DNA from: an uncultured archaeon
Lineage (GTDB): Archaea; Iainarchaeota; Iainarchaeia; Iainarchaeales; Iainarchaeaceae
Direction: 5' to 3'
NCBI GenBank assembly: GCA_964577555.1
Contig: CAZNZM010000008.1
Location: 18,495 to 50,494 of the forward strand
Length of the DNA: 32,000 bases
Shown in pieces: positions 26,280-32,000 of the stretch. Both the position numbers and the translations under genes were made by a program. How positions within the stretch are numbered: position 1 is the first letter of the stretch; every line of letters begins with the position of its first letter. A model generated the notes under the pieces. That model had not been told where the DNA came from and made no database searches. It worked only from the letters and a program-made list of their open reading frames with translations.

Positions 26280-29200
26280 TTAACTACTGCTGTTTTTTGA
26301 AACAATTATTGAAGCAATTATTGTTATAACTACAATTAATACAATTGCCATTCCAATTCCAGCATATACTAACAATGGTTCATAATCTTGCTTCTTTTCT
26401 ATTTCTTTACCTTCTTTTTTTACTGTTAAAACACTTTCAATAACAACATATTCTTTATTTTTTTCAATTGGCATTATATTTAACCTTGCATTATAATCAC
26501 CTAATTCAGGCTTTTCCCAAATTTCAGAAAATTTATTAATTGTTTTTTTGTTTTTTTCAATTCCTTTTAAAGTTTTTTCAGCACTAAAAACAGTTTTTCC
26601 ATTTTTTGAAATGATTATCTCCGCAATAAAATTATTTATGTCGCTTTCATGATAAAAGTCAAACAATATTTCTGCATTATCTTCTGAAAGCCATTTCAAA
26701 TTTATAAAATTCACTTCAATTTTTGGTTGAAGCAACTTCTTCTCTTCGCGTTTTTTTACTTTTATTTCAATCGACTTTTGAGCTACTAAATTTTTATTGT
26801 CATATGCTTTTACCAGCAAATTATGTTCTCCAACAGGCAATTTTTCTAAATTGAAATCAAGTGTCTTGCCATATTTTTCTCCAAATTTTTTATCCCCCAC
26901 ATAGTATTCTATTCTTTCAATTGTTTTGTCGTCTTTAGTGTCAACTTTGATTGTTATTTTTGAATCATCATATATTTCATGGTTGTTATCAGGCAAGATT
27001 ATATCAAAATTTTTTTGAATAATTTTATCTTTGTCAGGTTTAGATTTTACAATTATTTTTATTTTTTCAGCTGTGTTTTTGGAAAATTCGTCATCAATTG
27101 CAATTGCATATAATTCATTTTCACCGGTTTTTGCAATCCATTTTATTGAAAAAGGCCTTGTTGTATCAGTTCCTAAAATTTCATTTTTGTTATAAAATTC
27201 AACGATTTTTATTTGCCCATCATTGTCTCTTGCATTTGCTTCGATTAGTATTTCAGTACCTTCAATGAAAATTTCTTCATTCAAAGGCCTTGTCAAGAAT
27301 ATTGTAGGCGGTTGATTTTCCCCTAACACATTAACAATTAATGGTTCTGAAGTGGCTTGTCTACCTCTGCTGTCAGTTAGTTTTGCTACAAATTCATGTC
27401 TTCCTTTTCTCAAGTTTTGATATGTAATAGTATCAACATTATTAGAGTATTCTGCAAATTTAGTGTTATCTTTAAATATTTCAAGTTTTGAGATGGCAGA
27501 GTTTGTTAATGTGATATTTACCTTAATGATTATATTTGCAGGTTCTCTTAATTTATCTTGATTTTGAAGTGCAAGACTGATTTTAGGCTCCAGTATTTTT
27601 TCTGCTATTATAGTTATTGGTTCTGATAAATTTATTGCTCCCTTCTCATCAATTGCCCTTGCATTGATTATGTATATGCCTTCATTGTTTGGAGTCCAAA
27701 TTATTGAATATGGGCTTGTCGTGGTTTCGCTTATTTTTATTCCATTTACATAGAATTCTACTTTTGTTATGGTTCCGTCTGGGTCGTTGGCGTTTGCTGT
27801 TATGGTTATGTTTGCTGGTGTTGTGAATGTTTGTCCGTTTGTGGGTGTTGTTATGGTTATTGTTGGGTTTTGGTTTGGTGGGTTTATTGTTATTGTTGTG
27901 GTTGTGGTTGTTGTTGCTAGTTGGTTGTCTGTTGCTTTTGCTGTTATTGTGTAGGTTCCTGGTGTGTTGATTGTGTGTGTGTGGGTGTATGGTGGTGTTG
28001 TTTTTGTTGCTATTAGTGTTGTGTTGAGGTAGAATTCTACTTTTGTTATGGTTCCGTCTGGGTCGTTGGCGTTTGCTGTTATGGTTATGTTTGCTGGTGT
28101 TGTGAATGTTTGTCCGTTTGTGGGTGTTGTTATTGATATAAATGGTGGTTGGTTGCTGTTGCATGTTGGTTTCCATGTTATTTCTGTTCCTGTTTTGCAT
28201 CTTATCCAATATGCTTCGTAGTTGTTTAGTTTGAAATCTATTTTGTTTCCTTTGAAATTTTCTGAAATGTTTTCAGTCCAGAATATGATTGGCCAACTTT
28301 TTCCATAGGCGTTAGAAATTAAGTCGCAATTTGGGTTTATTCTTGATATTTCTTTTAGTACTTGTGATGCCGTGTATTTATCTCCACAGAATGGTAATCC
28401 GATTAAATTGTGTTCTTCTGTTAGTTTTACTTTTGGAGAAGTGTTTAATGTGGTTCCAGAAAATGTTAGAGTTACATCATCAAGTGCTGTAACAATAATT
28501 CCTTCTCCTGAATTGAATTTTCTTTCGGTTTCGCCTATCCATTCATTGAATTCCTTGTTATATTCTAACGTTTTATAACCTTGTCTTTCTTTGTATTTGA
28601 TAATAACATTTGCAGAAGGTGGTGTTTGGAAGATCTCGTTAATAGTTTTGTTGTCTACATTTACTGGGAAAGAAATTGCATATTCATTATTGCTTTTATT
28701 TAGTTTGATGGTTGATTGGTTTATAATCTGGTAATCCGTTCCTTTGCAATGTCCTTGAAAACATCCTTCTCTGCAGATTGTTTCATTAGCAAAACCGATT
28801 TCATCACCAATGCACTCTTTTTTAGTATTGGAGTTTTCACATATCCAACTTCCTGCATCGATTTTTGTTTGGTCTTGTGTTAAGCAACCAGGATTAGTAT
28901 AAATTATTCTAATTGTTTCGTTAGTTGGAGAGTCTTTTATTCTCATTAAAGGATCGCCAATAATTGTGTTTACTGAATAGTAATTATTTTCCTTGTATGA
29001 TTTGAGAAATGCTTCCGCTATTGTGAGTCCTGCAGCGTAGTTTGCAAAGAATTTTCCCACATCGACTACATATGTTGTGGTTGGTTCGTATATATTTCCA
29101 AATGCTGCTGAAAAACTGTTTGAGTAATTTGTTCCACCGAATGCTATTGGAGAAATTGCATCTGCTATCAAACCTTGGTTTGTTTCCCTTTTTTGATTTG

Positions 29201-30170
29201 GGGCTCCTGTCATAGTTGCAGCATTCCAACTTTCAATGCTGTTAAACACCGCTCTGTTTGATACATTACTTCTTACTTTTGGGTTTCCTGCAATCCATAA
29301 AGAGTCGTATCCTTGATGAACTCCCCAACTTGAATATACTACAAGAGGCTTGTCGTAAGATGTTTTATTCCAACGTGTACTTACTACTAAGTCTGGGTTT
29401 ATGCCGACACTTTTCATTGGTCTTCCAAACATCTCTGGTATATAAAGTTTATCTGGCATTCCGAAATAATCTACTGGCATTCCGAAATAAACAGATGAAA
29501 GGTTTGGTGCTGGTTCTTGTGCTTTGTCAATCATTTTTTTTATGTCACCAATGTTAAAACCATTGAGGTGTGAAACTGCAAATCTGAGTTTTTCATCTTT
29601 ATAACGTTCAGGATCAAAGTGTTGAACTGTAGTATCCATTTTGTAATTTTCTGGCAAAGAACGAAGAATGTAGTCTTCCAAATTGGTTGCAGTTCTCCAA
29701 TTTCCTTCATATGCAAGTAATGTTGCTGTTGAGCCAATAATTAACTTGTAATCTGAGCCGGGAATCATGTTATTGCCCGGGTATTTATTTGCTTTATCAT
29801 AAATCGCGATTGGCAGATATTTTGCTATTGCCAAATGGGTTATTTTCATTTCCGGGTGTTGATTTACATATTGGAATATTGGTTTAGCAATGTATTCAAT
29901 GAATTTGTCTCCATTCATTGATTCTTTTTTTATTCTTTCATGTGGAGGAAATACTTCGTCTGGCACGTTAAGTCCTAATGATTTGGCGCCAGGCCTTTTT
30001 AAAACGTAATAATCACAAATTTCTTTTGATTCGCTTATATTTGAATTATATATGCATAAAACGTTTTGATTTGTAGGTATTGCTGAGTAGGCAAATGGTA
30101 AAGTAGTTATTATTAAAAGAAAAATTATCCAAATTTTGGTTTTAAGTCTGGGTTCGAAGTTGTTTTGCAT
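26280..30170 (-). CDS. Large membrane-anchored surface protein: signal peptide, TIGR03790-like N-terminal domain, several bacterial Ig-like repeats, C-terminal TM helix
   Basis: Signal peptide TKIWIIFLLIITTLPFAYSA; CIYNSNISESKEICDYYVLKRP...SLGLNVPDEVF; repeats PPFISITTPTNGQTFTTPANITITANANDPDGTITKVEFY; C-terminus VYAGIGMAIVLIVVITIIASIIVSK. Start trimmed from 30224. Confidence 0.8.
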   Translation of the reverse strand: MQNNFEPRLKTKIWIIFLLIITTLPFAYSAIPTNQNVLCIYNSNISESKEICDYYVLKRPGAKSLGLNVPDEVFPPHERIKKESMNGDKFIEYIAKPIFQYVNQHPEMKITHLAIAKYLPIAIYDKANKYPGNNMIPGSDYKLIIGSTATLLAYEGNWRTATNLEDYILRSLPENYKMDTTVQHFDPERYKDEKLRFAVSHLNGFNIGDIKKMIDKAQEPAPNLSSVYFGMPVDYFGMPDKLYIPEMFGRPMKSVGINPDLVVSTRWNKTSYDKPLVVYSSWGVHQGYDSLWIAGNPKVRSNVSNRAVFNSIESWNAATMTGAPNQKRETNQGLIADAISPIAFGGTNYSNSFSAAFGNIYEPTTTYVVDVGKFFANYAAGLTIAEAFLKSYKENNYYSVNTIIGDPLMRIKDSPTNETIRIIYTNPGCLTQDQTKIDAGSWICENSNTKKECIGDEIGFANETICREGCFQGHCKGTDYQIINQSTIKLNKSNNEYAISFPVNVDNKTINEIFQTPPSANVIIKYKERQGYKTLEYNKEFNEWIGETERKFNSGEGIIVTALDDVTLTFSGTTLNTSPKVKLTEEHNLIGLPFCGDKYTASQVLKEISRINPNCDLISNAYGKSWPIIFWTENISENFKGNKIDFKLNNYEAYWIRCKTGTEITWKPTCNSNQPPFISITTPTNGQTFTTPANITITANANDPDGTITKVEFYLNTTLIATKTTPPYTHTHTINTPGTYTITAKATDNQLATTTTTTTITINPPNQNPTITITTPTNGQTFTTPANITITANANDPDGTITKVEFYVNGIKISETTTSPYSIIWTPNNEGIYIINARAIDEKGAINLSEPITIIAEKILEPKISLALQNQDKLREPANIIIKVNITLTNSAISKLEIFKDNTKFAEYSNNVDTITYQNLRKGRHEFVAKLTDSRGRQATSEPLIVNVLGENQPPTIFLTRPLNEEIFIEGTEILIEANARDNDGQIKIVEFYNKNEILGTDTTRPFSIKWIAKTGENELYAIAIDDEFSKNTAEKIKIIVKSKPDKDKIIQKNFDIILPDNNHEIYDDSKITIKVDTKDDKTIERIEYYVGDKKFGEKYGKTLDFNLEKLPVGEHNLLVKAYDNKNLVAQKSIEIKVKKREEKKLLQPKIEVNFINLKWLSEDNAEILFDFYHESDINNFIAEIIISKNGKTVFSAEKTLKGIEKNKKTINKFSEIWEKPELGDYNARLNIMPIEKNKEYVVIESVLTVKKEGKEIEKKQDYEPLLVYAGIGMAIVLIVVITIIASIIVSKNSSS
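27751..27854 (-). repeat. 104-bp exact direct repeat, copy 1 (within Ig-like repeat region)
   Basis: tagaattctacttttgttatggttccgtctgggtcgttggcg...gtgggtgttgttat, identical to 28030..28133; period 279 bp (93 codons). Confidence 0.95.
28030..28133 (-). repeat. 104-bp exact direct repeat, copy 2
   Basis: See 27751..27854. Confidence 0.95.
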
Positions 30171-30175
30171 TTGTA

Positions 30176-30240
30176 TTTTTTTGGGATTAATCATTATATA
30201 TATTTTTTTTTTGGGATTAATCATTAATCATTATATATAT
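30176..30240 (-). promoter_or_regulatory. Duplicated TATA-like upstream segment of the surface-protein gene
   Basis: tttttttgggattaatcatta occurs twice with a 30-bp offset, each followed by tatatata; the second copy has an extra 7-bp atcatta. Confidence 0.6.
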
Positions 30241-30295
30241 TTTTCTAATCATTGTTTTTTCTTATTTTTCAGAGTTTTTTTGAAAGCTGTTTTAA

Positions 30296-30367
30296 AGCCT
30301 CTGGCGAGAATTGAACTCGCGACCCCGTCCTTACCAAGGACGTGCTCTACCACTGAGCCACAGAGGC
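30296..30367 (-). tRNA. tRNA-Thr(GGT)
   Basis: Acceptor GCCTCTG/CAGAGGC, anticodon stem CGTCC/GGACG with loop TTGGTAA, T loop TTCAATT; discriminator U. Confidence 0.93.
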
Positions 30368-30589
30368 GTTTTTCAGAAAGTAATATAAAACAATTATAAA
30401 ATCCTCTTCAAAGAGGGTTTTTAACTTTTGCGAGTCCCAGGTTGTGTAGAAATCATGTTTGCTTTTTGTGTAAGGCTTATTTTTTTGTCAAAAAGTTTTT
30501 TTGTTGCTTTATAAATAATTTCTACATGGTCAGAGTCGGAAAACGCGTGTATTCAAAGATTTTGATTTAGTGCAAGTATCTTATATTTT

Positions 30590-30790
30590 TTCGTAAGCTA
30601 TTTTTTATTTGATTTTTTTTGTTTTTGCGAGCCGAATTGTCGTGTTTTTTTGTTAGCCAAATTTGTTTTTCTTATTTTGTGATTTTTATTTTTTTGTTTG
30701 TTTTTTTGCGCGCCATTTTTTTAGCAAAACTTTTTTTGTCATATTTTTTTGATATTTTTTTAATTGGAATTTGTTTTTTGTAGTATTTTT
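30590..30790. repeat. T-rich low-complexity island 3
   Basis: TGCGAGCC at 30626 and the same 20-mer GTTTTTTTGTTAGCCAAATT at 30644-30663. Confidence 0.85.
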
Positions 30791-31574
30791 ACTTTTTAAT
30801 TATTTTGAGTATTACCATTCCAATTATTGGAATCGTGATAATTCCTATTGCAATAATTGATAATATTATAATTATTCCAAAGTTAATATCAAATCCTTCA
30901 AAATTTATATTTAGGGTGTTTCCAAAATCAAAGCCGGTTTCTTCTGAAATTATTTCTATGTCTGATTTTAGTTTTTGTTCTTCTTGGATAAAATCAATTA
31001 CGACGCTTTTTCCGTCTTCCGATATTTTTCCTGCATTTGTTGATATTATTTTTCCCGGCATTTTAATGGTCAAATTGATTTCCATTCCAGTCATTTTTAT
31101 CTTTTCAGGCGTTAATTCCATGTTGTTTTCTGCTTCTTTTTGCTCTTTATTATAAGCTTTTAACGTGAATTTGTATTTTTTAGGATTCGCCTTTTCATCA
31201 ACAGTGAATGAATCGCTGAAATCCACGTTTTTCCATGCCAATTTTACATAGTCTTCAACAGCTGTGCATTCCGCTTCTGACGGATCCAATTTTATTTTTC
31301 CAGGAAGAACTCCTGTCCCGCTTTCTTTGTAATCTTTATTTTGTGCTTTAATTGTTTCACATATGTTTTCTTTTTTGTATTTTTCTTCAAAATCCCCTTC
31401 CTGGTTTTCCATGTTTTTGATTGCTTCAACAAATTTTTTTATGTCTGTTGTTATTTCAACATTGCCTTTTCCATCTTTACCTATTTCGTATTTTAAATTC
31501 ATTTTTATGCAACCAGACAAAGAAAAAGTCAATAGTATTAAAATGGCGACAAATAAGACTTTTGTTTTTTGCAT
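30789..31574 (-). CDS. Predicted lipoprotein with C-terminal TM anchor (start trimmed from 31703)
   Basis: MQKTKVLFVAILILLTFSLSGCIKMNLKYEIGKDGKG, lipobox FSLSGC; C-terminal IIIILSIIAIGIITIPIIGMVIL. Confidence 0.75.
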   Translation of the reverse strand: MQKTKVLFVAILILLTFSLSGCIKMNLKYEIGKDGKGNVEITTDIKKFVEAIKNMENQEGDFEEKYKKENICETIKAQNKDYKESGTGVLPGKIKLDPSEAECTAVEDYVKLAWKNVDFSDSFTVDEKANPKKYKFTLKAYNKEQKEAENNMELTPEKIKMTGMEINLTIKMPGKIISTNAGKISEDGKSVVIDFIQEEQKLKSDIEIISEETGFDFGNTLNINFEGFDINFGIIIILSIIAIGIITIPIIGMVILKIIKK

Positions 31575-31857
31575 AGATGACACAATAATTTTTTTATATT
31601 TATATTTATATTTTCTAATTTTAACTTTTGCTATATACTGAAATCCTCGTCTTTTCAGGTTTTTATAATTAAAGATAGTTTTTTTTATTATAGAGAAATA
31701 CACGAACCGTAAGTAGAGATGTTTTTCATTGCAAGTAACTTAGTACTTCAGACAGGAGTAAATTATTTTACAATAAAATAGTCAATGATTAGATAACGCA
31801 AAAAAATTCTTGAATAATTTAAAAAGAAAAAGAGTTTGTTTTTTTATCAATTTTTTA

Positions 31858-32000
31858 TTATATTTTGCAGTTGTTGTTTGTGTATGTTGCTATTGCTGTT
31901 CCTAATAGTATGTTGTTGATTGTGTTGTTGGTTATGTTTGTCCAAGTTTTTGTTGTTGGATTGTATTGCATTGTTGCTTCTATCATACAGTTTCCTAATT
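31858..32000 (-). CDS. C-terminal end of a CDS running off the right edge, Asn/Thr-rich (surface protein-like)
   Basis: Manual translation: ...LGNCMIEATMQYNPTTKTWTNITNNTINNILLGTAIATYTNNNCKI*. No stop in this frame to the window edge. Confidence 0.6.
   Translation of the reverse strand, partial: LGNCMIEATMQYNPTTKTWTNITNNTINNILLGTAIATYTNNNCKI

Noticed and set aside
27751-28133. Possible CRISPR-like repeats
   Set aside because: Only two 104-bp copies, in frame within a coding Ig-like region; no regular short repeats, spacers or cas genes in the window.
27682-28209. 175-aa Asn/His-rich ORF on the minus strand
   Set aside because: It is an alternative frame inside the Ig-like repeat region of the 1314-codon gene; its internal repeats simply mirror the 104-bp DNA repeat.

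Overview
This AT-rich archaeal window most likely comes from a small-genome or DPANN-like lineage; that placement is inference. It carries ordinary core genes. RNA polymerase subunits Rpo2N and Rpo5/RpoH run off the left edge, followed by a riboflavin operon (CTP-dependent riboflavin kinase, archaeal RibC, RibH). Other core genes are an OGG-type glycosylase/lyase, a cis-prenyltransferase, a geranylgeranyl reductase-family protein, a HAD hydrolase, three RNA/THUMP-like methyltransferase genes, PAP2, RpiA, two cation/proton antiporters and six tRNAs. One tRNA, tRNA-Tyr(GTA), is split by an inferred 129-nt intron. The most notable items are: (a) a P-loop kinase-like domain fused to a deoxycytidylate-deaminase domain, resembling the Dcd1/AvcD layout; (b) an antiporter fused to a GNAT domain; (c) a TrmA-family gene split by a frameshift at a nine-base homopolymer; (d) three T-rich intergenic islands sharing GCGAGCC-like motifs, two of which share an exact 20-mer; (e) a 1314-codon surface protein ORF with a 104-bp exact internal repeat and a duplicated promoter-like segment; (f) the intron-containing tRNA-Tyr; (g) a small ORF with an in-frame stop. 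I found no CRISPR array, transposase or clear multi-gene defence island. No wholly new system is demonstrated here, only candidates.
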